A DNA stretch of 64,000 nucleotides, taken from the NCBI GenBank assembly GCA_964016885.1, contig OZ024746.1, positions 64,976,001-65,040,000 of the forward strand, given 5' to 3'. Shown piece by piece: positions 23,318 to 36,358 of this stretch. The stretch is from Eledone cirrhosa (taxonomy: Eukaryota). Both the position numbers and the translations under genes were made by a program. The notes below the pieces were generated by a model. That model saw nothing but the letters and a program-made list of their open reading frames with translations. It did not search any database and was not told where the DNA came from. Numbering within the stretch: the first letter of the stretch is position 1; every line of letters begins with the position of its first letter.

Positions 23318-25813
23318 CTATCAGAAGTACCCGGCGATGCCCGGGTGTAAATCGACCTTTGGTCTGTTAGAATGTGTGAAAGTTACTTCCCGCGCATCAC
23401 AGGTTCAAAACTTCGAACTTGAATGAAAAAAAATAGGTTAGTAGACACAGGTGTGTAATTTATTAATTGTAGTTACACAGTGTATCGTTGAAATTGTTCT
23501 CTGCACGACTGACGGAAGTCAAAGTCGCTTGATATTGAATGTTCAGTTAATTTAAAGCAGGGTGAAAATGTCGATTACTTTCAGCGTTTTTTTTTTTTTT
23601 TTACAATTTTTGCGCTCACATGTGCAGAAGAAGAATTAAAAGGGCCTTTATCTTAACCGCGGCATAATGGCGAGTCTTTTGTGACAGTTTTCAAGAATAT
23701 AGGACGTTCCTGTAAAAAGTTTTCCCATGTGTAACTTTGCCTTGTTTTTTTTTGCGCAAAGTCGAGCCCCGCTTCAGTTTTATTGATTTTTTTACATCAA
23801 TGCGTGATCTCTGAAGTAGATTTGAGTAGCTAAAAACGTGTCCCGGTAAATTTGCTATAGGTGAAAAAAAGTTGATCAAAATTGTATCTAGCCTCAAGCC
23901 TCGTCTGACGGGATGTTGGTGATTCCTCCGTCAGCGCTTGTTGGCGACGAATGCGAACATCAGCAAGCCTTGTCGTACGTGATGTTGGTGACTCAACCAG
24001 CCGGGAAAGACGTCTATCAGCGAGTCGATTGGCGCTCAGCAGGTGTTTCCTAGAGAAAATTAATTAATTCTACTGGTTAGCTAAGCCAATGGCAGTGTCA
24101 ATAGTAAATGAGAAAAGTCTAACATGAACAAAAGGGAATCAAGGTAAGACAATAAATTTAATATAACTACGATTAGAATGTTGTAGTTGCTTAAAAGTGG
24201 TGACAGTTAGGATAAACGCAGTACTTGCTAACATTAAGGGAGAATATTGCATAAAGGATTAATCAATTGTGAATGAACTCATACCTGAGAACGCCTAATT
24301 CGTTGTCTCAAAGCAGTAGCTGTACCTTTTTTTGAGGTAAGTCTTGAACGTTTCCGTGTGGGCATAACGACGTGTAACGAAGCTGTTAGGTTAGAGAGAG
24401 GTGATTAAATACAGAGAGAGATGACACCAGATTCGTTAGCATGGTTACTGGTGAATGGGAAGGTTTGGAAATATGATTGCAATAACTTACCGAATTTTCC
24501 GGTCTATAAATTGCACTTAAAATAATTAAATTTAATCAAAAAACAGCTCTGCGCTTTATACTCCGGTGAGCCTTATGTATAAATAATACAATGGTAATCA
24601 ATCACGGCTCTAACAGAAGTAATAGATCTAGACTAAAAGTAAAGAAGATAGCATTTTCCTGGTTGGCTTTACACGCCGTTGCGCGGACCTGATTTTAAAT
24701 GATACGTCTTATATCCTGGTAAGCCTTATAGAGCGGAAAATATCTATTGGAAAAGAATACGAATTCATGACCAAGGTGTGACAAAATAGGCGTCTATACA
24801 GCGCCTGAAACAAACTTGTCCAAAACCCTAAGATTTTTCTCGTTAAGTATCCACTCAAAAGGAACCGTTTTTTAGTTACAAAAAATAACCAAAGTGTATA
24901 GTAGCTATATTTCTGACATATCATGCCAAAAAGAACAATATATTCAAAAAATGTTCTAAAGTACATTCAATCTCTCTTTTTGACCGATATCTTAATAAGC
25001 AAGTTATCGATCTTTTATTGGCTGTCAGTGTCTATCTGCATTCAGGTGTGCACGTGTGCGCAATTAATTGCAAATACGCTCATGACATTTAGTCGTAAGC
25101 AGAACAAAAAATGCCATTAGAGGTGGGCTAATAATGAAGACACAAACCCCGGTGAACTTACGTTTAAACACCCGAAAAGTTACTCACTTCCTGTGCAAAG
25201 GACTGTATTATAAATTAAGTAATTTTTTAGAATCTTTTGTTTAAAAAAGGAAAACATTTGTACAGACGTAACATGTTTTACAACTTTGTATGTGTACAAT
25301 ACAACTTGGTCAACGTATTATTTAGTAATTTTTTTTTCAAAAAGCATGATTATTTAAGACTGTTTGAAAATTTATTCACAGCTTTTAGCATCACAAAAGA
25401 CACCATTAAATTTGGTTTCCTTTTCAGATAGGGATAATACTGTATTTCCACTTGAATAAGGTGGAATATGAAAAGATAAACTCTTTAATGGTTGGTCGTT
25501 TACTGAGACAGCTGGGAAGATATGCAGCTGGCCGTCCAATCAATAACGCAAATAACGCACGTCCTTATATGGGCATATGAAATTTATTTTTATTGCGCCA
25601 GATGTAAACTAAGAGTTCTTGTGTTCGAATTCACATAAAATTTCATTGGAATCGAAAAACATTCTGTCATAGGGCCCGATTATCGATTTTTCGAAAATTT
25701 CAAGTAGCCTATTCCACTCTACGCGTTGAGTTTTATATATGTGTGAGGTTTCATGAAAATTGGATGAACGGTGTAGCATGCAAGTTCAGAACACCAAACA
25801 ATGTCCATCTTCC

Positions 25814-25820
<7 letters not shown>
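23318..25820 (+). mobile_element. Putative non-autonomous Helitron/Helentron-like element (~2.5 kb)
   Basis: Starts actatcagaagtacccggcgatgcccggg; ends tttcatgaaaattggatgaacggtgtag...ccctttatatat; TA flanks; no ORF. Confidence 0.5.
24488..24746. mobile_element. Degenerate Tc1/mariner-pogo (Tc2-like) MITE nested in the above
   Basis: Ends taccgaattttccggtctataa / ttatagagcggaaaatatcta. Confidence 0.45.
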
Positions 25821-25857
<37 letters not shown>

Positions 25858-25861
<4 letters not shown>

Positions 25862-28772
25862 AGGGTGTTAAAGTTTGCTTGAAGCATTGTGAAATGTGTA
25901 AAATACGTAGTTTAGAAAGCCACAACAATGCAGATGGGAAATCTCGAGGTAGGAAGTGAATGATAGATAGGAGAAATAGGAGAAAGTGAAAGTTGAGAGA
26001 GACAAAGATGAAAATAAAACAAAGGTAGAAGGGTTACCGTAGTGGAGATTTAATCCCAATATTTCGGGCTCACGCCCATCAACGGGGGAAAGTTCCAAAA
26101 AGGGGGGGAACAGGCTAAGCCGGAGAAAGTTGTGATGTCGTTAAAACAGGAATGCCGTTATGGGGAGAAAATTTAAATGAGGGAAAGAGTGCGCGTGCGC
26201 GTGATAGGCTGTGGCAAAAGCTACTGACCAAATGGGTTAAATCAAGAGGGTGCGCTAGCGTGTGAAAGCCGTAAAATATGTGTGTGTAAATATATATGTG
26301 TGTGTAACTGTGTGTGTATATGTGTAAGTGTGTATATGTGTGAGTGTGTGTGTGTGTGAAAAATAGTGGGCTGTAGAAGCTGGAAATCAAAGGGTGTGAA
26401 AGGTGGTAGGTTGTAAAACATGTGTGCGTGTATAAATATAGATGTGTGTGTGTATGGGTATATATGTGTGTGTAACTGTGTGTGTATATGTGTAAGTGTG
26501 TATATGTGTGAGTGCGTGCGTGTGTGAAAGATAGTGGGCTGTAGAAGCTGGAAATCAAAGGGTGTGAAAGGTGGTAGGTTGTAAAAACATGTGTGCGTGT
26601 ATAAATATAGATGTGTGTGTGTATGCGTATGGGTATGCATATACGTGCGTGTGTGTGAAAATAGCAGGCCGTAAGGGCTGTGAATGGTCACTATGGTTAA
26701 ATTAGCCATGTCAGCTCATTTCTCTCAGCCCGGTTGTTAAGTGGGGGTCTGAGGTTCTTAATAACAAGTGCTTCCTTTATCCTTAAGGATCCGATGCTGC
26801 GTTCAGTCGCTAGGACTGTGACCAAGGGTCTACCCTGTGGGTTTCCGCATTTAAGGATGTGTTTACGGAAGGAAGATGCGTTGGTGTTGATATGTTCCTT
26901 GATACGAACATGTAGGGGTCGGATGGTGCTACCTATGTAAAACTTGTTACATTTATCGCATTGAATCTTATATACGACATAGGTGCGTAGGCAATCTGCC
27001 CCCCGTATCGGGCAGTTGCTGAGGGAACACGTCCCATCTGACTCGTCGGGTTTGTTGGAGAGGCATCTTCGCAGCGAAGGTCCTGTGTGGGCCAAATGTA
27101 TGTCAAGTCCCTCCATCCGTATGGCCCTGCGGATGGCGTTCGTGGTATATTCACTCAGGTGGGGGATTTTAAAGAAGCACCTGCTTTTATTTAAGTTTCT
27201 AGTGGGTGTCTGTCTATTGGGTCTGGGGTCTCTAATTCCGTTAATCAGTCGCTTGGGATATCCATTAGACTTGAGTAGATTACGGAATTGCGTGGTATGG
27301 GTGAGACCACCCATCGGGTCGCTGCATCTGTTAGTGATCCGTGTCAGTTCATTTAGGACATAGCCTCTCTTAGCGTTGTTGGGGAGGGCTGAGTTGTAAT
27401 GCACAAATAAGTCCTTGCACGCTGCTTTGCGGTAGAAGGTGGTGTTTATGTCTCCTTCTTCCGAGATGTTGATACGGAAGTCGAGGAGGGCGAGTGACCC
27501 GTCTTCTCCTGGGTGTTCGATGGTGAAATCGACGTGATGGTCAGTATCGTTGAAGATTTGGTGAATTTCATTCGCCATCTCCCGGGAAGAAGTAAGTATC
27601 AGGATGTCATCAACGTAACTGGAGTAGAAGGCGACGGCGTTGGGTTGGCAGGTATTGAGTGCCTTGCGTTCCAGGTGGTCCATGTACGAGATCGCAAGTA
27701 TGCCGGACAGACTAGAGCCCATAGGTAGCCCAGAGATTTGTTTGTACGTGTGGCCGAGGAAATTGAAGAGTGCATTATCCACAACGAAGGAGAGGAGTTG
27801 GTGGATGTCCGTGTGTGTGAGTCCGAAGCAGTGTAAGTTAGATGCTCGGACTAGTTCGGTCAACAGGTCGACGGCTGGGGATGCTGGTAGGGAGGTATAA
27901 AGGGCGACCACATCAAGACTGAAGGCATAACCGTTGTCCTTTCTGGTGTTGGGCGCCAGATGGTGTAGTCGCTCCAAGACCTCCTTTGAGCTGCAGACGT
28001 GGGCTGGTAGTGTGTGTAGAATGGGTTTCAGTAGTGTGGAGAGCAGCCACGATATTTTGTAGAGTGGGCCCTCCACGCTAGAGACAATGGGCCTGATTTT
28101 CAAATCGGGTCCTTGTTTATGTGTTTTAACCAGGTGGTAGAAGGTGGGTAGTTTGCTGTTTCGAGTCATTATGTTGTTTTTTACCTTCTTTGGCAGTTTT
28201 CGTTGGACACAGATGTTAGTCCATATGGTGTTAATGCCTTCCTCGATTAGAGTCGAGGAGGTCCCTGTGACTTTCGAGTAGAGGCTGTCGTTATTAAGAT
28301 GTTGGAGAGCTAAGTTGTTGTAGGTCTCTCTCGAGATGACACAGAATTCTTTCTCCTTGTCAGAGGGAAGGTATACAAGGTTCCTGGATCTTAGGTTGGT
28401 GAGAGTATTAAATTGTGCATTGGTGAGGATGCGTTTATTGTGTGTGTGTGTGTGTTGGGAAAGGATGTTAGAGATAGAATGTTTCAACCTGAGTAGTTTA
28501 GTGTCAAGTTCGTGGTTGGTGGGTGGGGGGTGGAGTGGGTTGTCGAGGTGGTACGTGGGGAGTGTGGGGTGGGTTGTGGGGTTGTAATCGATCTCGGTGT
28601 TGTTTTGGATGGCGGTTAGCCATTTCAGTTGATATGCTGTCCGACAGAAGTTGGTTTCGATGTCGAGTTTCAGTCTATCATCGAGACGCTGTGTAATGAT
28701 GAACTTGGGTCCGAGGCGCAGAAGTTCGAGTTCGTCGTTGGTGAGGGTACCGGTTAGGTCGGTAACGAGGTG
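25858..28772 (-). mobile_element. Penelope-like element, 5'-truncated, RT + C-terminal GIY-YIG
   Basis: Long ORF plus 3'UTR with a duplicated block and a degenerate HHR (~26055-26090); TA flanks. Confidence 0.9.
26697..28772 (-). CDS. PLE RT-GIY-YIG ORF, ~690 codons open, no start codon
   Basis: LLRLGPKF, SDKE (DKG motif), KTHK..IRPIVS, SLDVVALYT, GLPMGS, YVDD, LLDF, VVYKIQCDKC..YIGST.R..RIKEH; I read the frame open from 28772. Confidence 0.85.
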   Translation of the reverse strand, partial: HLVTDLTGTLTNDELELLRLGPKFIITQRLDDRLKLDIETNFCRTAYQLKWLTAIQNNTEIDYNPTTHPTLPTYHLDNPLHPPPTNHELDTKLLRLKHSISNILSQHTHTHNKRILTNAQFNTLTNLRSRNLVYLPSDKEKEFCVISRETYNNLALQHLNNDSLYSKVTGTSSTLIEEGINTIWTNICVQRKLPKKVKNNIMTRNSKLPTFYHLVKTHKQGPDLKIRPIVSSVEGPLYKISWLLSTLLKPILHTLPAHVCSSKEVLERLHHLAPNTRKDNGYAFSLDVVALYTSLPASPAVDLLTELVRASNLHCFGLTHTDIHQLLSFVVDNALFNFLGHTYKQISGLPMGSSLSGILAISYMDHLERKALNTCQPNAVAFYSSYVDDILILTSSREMANEIHQIFNDTDHHVDFTIEHPGEDGSLALLDFRINISEEGDINTTFYRKAACKDLFVHYNSALPNNAKRGYVLNELTRITNRCSDPMGGLTHTTQFRNLLKSNGYPKRLINGIRDPRPNRQTPTRNLNKSRCFFKIPHLSEYTTNAIRRAIRMEGLDIHLAHTGPSLRRCLSNKPDESDGTCSLSNCPIRGADCLRTYVVYKIQCDKCNKFYIGSTIRPLHVRIKEHINTNASSFRKHILKCGNPQGRPLVTVLATERSIGSLRIKEALVIKNLRPPLNNRAERNELTWLI

Positions 28773-28810
28773 TCATATATATATGACAATTATATATATA
28801 TATATATGAC

Positions 28811-28862
<52 letters not shown>

Positions 28863-28863
28863 C

Positions 28864-28901
<38 letters not shown>

Positions 28902-28935
28902 CAATTATATATATATATATATATATATGTATGAC

Positions 28936-28978
<43 letters not shown>

Positions 28979-28980
28979 AC

Positions 28981-29025
<45 letters not shown>

Positions 29026-29027
29026 AC

Positions 29028-29069
<42 letters not shown>

Positions 29070-29070
29070 C

Positions 29071-29108
<38 letters not shown>

Positions 29109-29126
29109 CAATTATATATATATGAC

Positions 29127-29164
<38 letters not shown>

Positions 29165-29280
29165 CAATTATATATATATATATATGACAATTATATATAT
29201 ATATATATATGACATTTATATATATATAACAATTATATATATATATGACAATTTTTTATATAAATATATATATATATATA

Positions 29281-30481
29281 GTAATAATAATAAATTTTAA
29301 GACTAAAATCCAAAGAGGGCTCGATAAGGATAAATATATATCAAATATATAAAAACCGTAGAGCAAATATTTATTAAAATAACAGATTAAAGTTTAAGCA
29401 AAGAATCGCTGCTTTCACCCTTAACGGGATCTTCTGAAACTAACAAAGTCAATCTGTAAACGCAGAAGTGGATATTTCAAAAAACGGTGCAACCGGAGGA
29501 AGACAGGAAGACGATACTTTGGTTCGCGGAAACGTTCGCTATGCAAATAAGTAATGGTATAAACAAAACATATACTTAGCTCACACATCAAGACGTAAAA
29601 TATTCACGTATAGATCGTACTATCCGTTAAGGTATAACGTGGCGCTGTAATACAGGAAAGTTTTGTGCAATTTATGTTTGCAAGCCGAAATTGCCTCAGA
29701 TTTTTTGTTTAAGATGTGGTCTGTGGCGTAGAGTATTTCCAGGGCCTCAGCGGCGCAGAGGTCACATGGTCTATTATTTCCGTTATACGATCTAGCCCTA
29801 GCTAGGATCTCCCAGTGTAACTTATATTGGGTGTGGTTGTCTTTTAGACTCCAGATATAAGCTGAAAGTGACGTCATATTCCTTCTTAGATTGTAACGAA
29901 AAGAATGGGTATGCATGTAAAGACGCTGCTTGAATCTATTGGCGGTTAACCCTATGTAGGCCCTACGGGACGTGTGTGTTACAACCTTACATTTGTAGAC
30001 AATGTTACTAGAGAGGCATTTCCCGGATAGGGGGCAATCAACCTGATTCCTACAATTACAGTTAGTACTAACTACAGGGTTGCACGTGTTCCTACGGCTA
30101 GGTAGTTTAGCTACATTTGAAGCTGTAATGTTATGTGCAAGGTTAGGAGTCGTAGAGTAAAGAATTTTAATAGTATTTCTATAAAAATTTTTACTATGTT
30201 TATGTGTCGGGGGAAAATGCTTCGTAATAAGGGAAAGAAAGATCTTAGCTAATGGTGTGGCCACCTCCATATTATATGGTGGGTTATACCAACAAATGCG
30301 TCGGGATCTATTTCTTCTATGTCTATTTACGTACTCTGTATATGCTACCTACTTATTATGAAGCATTTTCTCCCGACACATAAATTTAGTAACCTTTTTA
30401 ATAGAAATACTATTAACATTTTTTTCTCTACGACTCCTAACCTTGCACATAACATCACAGCTTCAAAGTTAGCTAAACTAC

Positions 30482-30483
<2 letters not shown>
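29281..30483 (-). mobile_element. PLE 3' fragment (FNPP/CxCx5C GIY-YIG, ORF 29620-~30325) with 5' inverted piece
   Basis: WYNPPY, CNCRNQVDCPLSGKC, NIVY..YIGLT..FKQR..H, CDLC..E; 30349-30483 is a diverged inverted copy of ~30100-30232. Confidence 0.85.
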
Positions 30484-30526
<43 letters not shown>

Positions 30527-30587
30527 CAGTTATATATATATATATATATATATAACAGTTATATATATATATATATATATATAACAG

Positions 30588-30625
<38 letters not shown>

Positions 30626-30835
30626 CAGTTATATATAATTGGTATAAATGGTATATATATATATATATATATATATGATTGTTATATATATACATATATA
30701 TATATATATATGTATGTTATATATATATATATATATATATAAGTTATATATATATATGTTATATATATATATGTTATATATATATATGTTATATATATAT
30801 ATATATATATATATATAACAAATAAATATAAGAAT

Positions 30836-30866
<31 letters not shown>

Positions 30867-30910
30867 TAATTCTGGCAATATTACACAAATATGACCCTCC
30901 CCAAGTATAA

Positions 30911-30943
<33 letters not shown>

Positions 30944-31070
30944 AATTATATATATATATATATATAAGTATTATATATATATATATATAAATTATATATA
31001 TATATCTAAATAACAATTTAATATATATATAACAATTATATATATATATATATAACAAATTGTATATAAC

Positions 31071-31124
<54 letters not shown>

Positions 31125-31476
31125 CAATATATATATATAACAATTATATATATATATATATATAAAAATTATATATATATATTATATATAACAAATATAT
31201 ATATGTATTATATATAACAATTATATAGATAACAATTATATATATATAACAGTTATATATATATATGTATAACAATTGTATATATATATATAAAAATTAT
31301 ATATATATATAACAATTATATATATATATATAACAATTGTATATATATATATAACAATTATATATATATGACAATTATATATATATATATGACAATTATA
31401 TATATATATATATAACAATCATATATATATATATATAAGTATAAAAATTATATATATATATATATATAAGTATAAC

Positions 31477-31540
<64 letters not shown>

Positions 31541-31637
31541 AACAATTATATATATATGAATATATATATGTATAACAATTATATATATATATAAATATCA
31601 TTGTTATAAAGTATATATATATATATAAATATTATAT

Positions 31638-32866
31638 AGTAAAAACAAATAACGAAACGAAATCAAATTTCGTTTCGTTTGTAACTCACTTTTGTATGAC
31701 TGACGCTTAAACAATTAAGTTAAAAATGTACATCCACATATGTATACTGAAATACTAGTATGCATATGAATACACACACGTGTACATATGTAGATGTACC
31801 GAGTTTTTCACTGGACACTTTACTGTGAGTGTCCAGCTATTCTGTATGTAAACACACAGACAAACCGGTTTTTAGAGTCATACTGGTTTTCGAGGAAACA
31901 CCTTTCCTCTATTCTCCAGAAAGCCAGACAAGGAATATTGGACTAGTTTCGATGTTGTTACATCTCATCAGCAATATTTACCTATCTTCCGGCCTTTCTA
32001 GAGAATCGTAAAAGCACATATCGTTATATGCTTTTTCTATGAAAATTAGTAGTGGGCAGACCAATTTGCATAGAGCGTGAGTACGTACCGGTTCAGCGGA
32101 GACGATAAAAACAAATAACGAAACGAAATTAAATTTCGTTTCGTTTGTAACTCACTTTTGTATGACTGACGCTTAAACAATTAAGTTAAAAATGTACATC
32201 CACATATGTATACTGAAATACTAGTATGCATATGAATACACACACGTGTACATATGTAGATGTACCGAGTTTTTCACTGGACACTTTACTGTGAGTGTCC
32301 AGCTATTCTGTATGTAAACACACAGACAAACCGGTTTTTAGAGTCATACTGGTTTTCGAGGAAACACCTTTCCTCTATTCTCCAGAAAGCCAGACAAGGA
32401 ATATTGGACTAGTCATACAAAAGCGAGTTACAAACGAAACGAAATTTAATTTCGTTTCGTTATCTGTTTTTATCGTCTCCGCTGAACCGGTACGTACTCA
32501 CGCTCTATGCAAATTGGTCTGCCCACTACTAATTTTCATAGAAAAAGCATATAACGATATGTGCTTTTACGATTCTCTAGAAAGGCCGGAAGATAGGTAA
32601 ATATTGCTGATGAGATGTAACAACATCGAAACTAGTCCAATATTCCTTGTCTGGCTTTCTGGAGAATAGAGGAAAGGTGTTTCCTCGAAAACCAGTATGA
32701 CTCTAAAAACCGGTTTGTCTGTGTGTTTACATACAGAATAGCTGGACACTCACAGTAAAGTGTCCAGTGAAAAACTCGGTACATCTACATATGTACACGT
32801 GTGTGTATTCATATGCATACTAGTATTTCAGTATACATATGTGGATGTACATTTTTAACTTAATTA
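31638..32866 (-). mobile_element. Retrozyme-like 466-bp tandem unit (~1.7 copies) plus inverted copy
   Basis: 31641-32106 is repeated from 32107 to 32413; 32411-32866 is inverted; HHRs at 31934-31978 (-) and 32600-32644 (+); no credible ORF. Confidence 0.82.
32600..32644 (+). ncRNA. Type I hammerhead ribozyme (second copy at 31934-31978, minus)
   Basis: aatattg-CTGATGA-gatgt aaca acatc-GAAA-ctag-TC-caatatt. Confidence 0.92.
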
Positions 32867-32896
32867 TTATATAGTATATATATATAAATATCATTG

Positions 32897-32946
<50 letters not shown>

Positions 32947-33062
32947 TATATATAACAATCATATATATATAACAATCATATATATATAACAATTATATAC
33001 ATAAATATATATATAACAATATCTATATCTATATATTATAAATATATATATATATATATACC

Positions 33063-33095
<33 letters not shown>

Positions 33096-33098
<3 letters not shown>

Positions 33099-33472
33099 TT
33101 TACGGATCGAGAAAGAGAGAAAAAGGAGGGATAGGTGATACATATAGTTATTTGCCAAGTAGCGTATGCCAAAGGTGCTCGATACTAGTGCCGGCAGTAT
33201 TAAATATTCGAAGTGTTAATATTTAGTGGGCTAGAGAGTTAGCAGAGCGTAAGCACGTGGGAAAGTAAAAAATCGGAGAATAGACCGTTAAAACATGTTT
33301 ATTTAAAATATCACCTACGTACGTTTCGCCCAGTTGGGCTTCTCAAGGGCATAAATAATCACACTTGTGATTATTTATGCCCTTGAGAAGCCCAACTGGG
33401 CGAAACGTACGTAGGTGATATTTTAAATAAACATGTTTTAACGGTCTATTCTCCGATTTTTTACTTTCCCAC

Positions 33473-33474
<2 letters not shown>
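33096..33474 (-). mobile_element. PLE pLTR fold-back insertion: 109-bp arms plus 160-bp tail
   Basis: 33255-33363 is the reverse complement of 33366-33474; HHR-like motif at 33376-33420 (+) / 33309-33353 (-) with TTGAGAA core. Confidence 0.82.
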
Positions 33475-33507
<33 letters not shown>

Positions 33508-33540
33508 ACAATGATATTTATATATATATATATATATAAC

Positions 33541-33590
<50 letters not shown>

Positions 33591-33761
33591 CAATTATATA
33601 TATATATATATATAACAATTATATATATATATATAACAATTATATATATATATTTATAACAATTATATATATATATTTATAACAATTATATATATATATA
33701 TATATAACAATTGTATATATATATTTAACAATGATATATATATATATATAACAATTATATA

Positions 33762-33795
<34 letters not shown>

Positions 33796-33914
33796 ACAAT
33801 TATATATATATATATATAACAATTATATATATATATTCATAACAATTATATATATATATATATAACAATTATATATATATATATATAACAATTATATATA
33901 TATATATATATAAC

Positions 33915-33945
<31 letters not shown>

Positions 33946-34277
33946 ACAATTATATATATATATATGATTGTTATATATATATATAATTGTTATATATATA
34001 TATATATATATAACAGTTATATATATATATATATATATAACAATGATATATATATATAGAACAATTATATATATATATATATATAACAATTATCTATATA
34101 GATATGTATAACAATCATATATGTATATATAAACATTATATATATATATAACAATTATATATATATATATATATATAACAATTATATATATATATATGTA
34201 TAACAATTATATATGTATATATATAACAATTATATATATATATATATATATATAGAACAATTATTTATATATATAAC

Positions 34278-34311
<34 letters not shown>

Positions 34312-34343
34312 CAATTATATATATATATATATATATATATAAC

Positions 34344-34374
<31 letters not shown>

Positions 34375-34771
34375 ACAATTATATATATATATATATAACA
34401 ATTATATATATATATGTAACAATTATATATATATATACATATATATATATATAACACTTATATATATATATATATATATAAATAACAATTACATATATAT
34501 ATATATATAAGAATCATATATATATATATATAACAATTATATATATATATATAACAATTGTATATAACAATTATATATATATACATATATAACTATATAT
34601 ATATATAACAATTATATATAACAATTATATATATATAACAATTATATATATATAACAATTATATATATATATAACAATTGTACATATATATATAACAATT
34701 ATATATATATATATATATATATAACAATTGTACATATATATATAACAATTATATACATATATATATATGAC

Positions 34772-34840
<69 letters not shown>

Positions 34841-35010
34841 ACAATCATATATATATATATATATAAGTATAACAATTATATATATATATATATATATATG
34901 TATAACAATTAATTATATATAAATATATATATATGTATATCAATTATATATACATATAAATATCATTGTTATAATGTATATATAATATATATATATATAA
35001 ATATTATATA

Positions 35011-35050
<40 letters not shown>

Positions 35051-35059
35051 TATAATATA

Positions 35060-35328
35060 TAAGAACAAAAGATGGTTAAAGGGGTTCCATGTATTTTATT
35101 ATGCGCATTTCAAAAACAAATATCATCATGCAATAATATTTGTGTTTTCATCAGCTAAAACAGGAGGACATGATAATTTAAATCAACATATATATATTCT
35201 TATACATTATGTATACTCCAACGTATATATATTCTCATATATTATGTATACTCCAGTCCTACAAACTGTAGAGCGCTTCTTATCCGATATCTGCATTGCT
35301 TTCTTGTACTACAATAAAACTCACCTCC

Positions 35329-35332
<4 letters not shown>
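35060..35332. mobile_element. Rearranged pLTR of the family at 47207: HHR arm (minus) plus tail (plus)
   Basis: 35060-35170 matches 47259-47370; ~35279-35332 is the reverse complement of 47207-47261; HHR at 35093-35161. Confidence 0.75.
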
Positions 35333-35397
<65 letters not shown>

Positions 35398-35924
35398 CAA
35401 TCATATATATATAACAATCATATATATATAACAATCATATATATATAACAATTATATATATATAAATATATATATATATATACCAAATATATTTATATAT
35501 ATATATACCAATAATATTTATATATATATATAACAATTATACATATATATATATAACAATGATATTTATATATATATATACAACAATCATATTTATATAT
35601 ATATATATATAACAGTTATATATATATATATATAACAATTATATATATATATATATAACAATTATATATATATATATAATAATTATATATATATATATAT
35701 ATATAACAATTATATATATATATATAACAATTATATTTTTATATATATATATATATAACAATTATATTTTTATATATATATATATATAACAATTATATAT
35801 TTATATATAACAATTATATTTTTATATATATATATATATATAAATATATATATATTTATATATAACAATTATATTTATATATATATATATAACAATTATA
35901 TTTATATATATATATATATATAAC

Positions 35925-35964
<40 letters not shown>

Positions 35965-35973
35965 CAATTATAT

Positions 35974-36019
<46 letters not shown>

Positions 36020-36078
36020 CAATTATATTTTTGTATATATATATATATAACAATTATATATATATGTATATATATAAC

Positions 36079-36112
<34 letters not shown>

Positions 36113-36358
36113 CAATTATATACATATATATATATATATATTACAATTATTTATATATATATAACAATTATTTATATATATATAACAATTTTATATATAT
36201 ATATAACAAATATATATATATATATATAACAAATATTTATATATATATAACAATTATTTATATATATATAACAATTTTATATATATATATAACAAATATA
36301 TATATATATATATAACAAATATATATATATATATAACAATTATATATATATATATATA

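Noticed and set aside
26055-29445. HHR-like motifs with CCGTTGA (~26080) and CAGAAGA (~29430, also ~21735) cores
   Set aside because: Core substitutions and weak stem I; excluded from the census
33480-36355. ACAAT units resembling a CRISPR or telomeric array
   Set aside because: Spacers are only TA runs, there are no cas genes, the context is eukaryotic, and no TTAGGG tracts were seen
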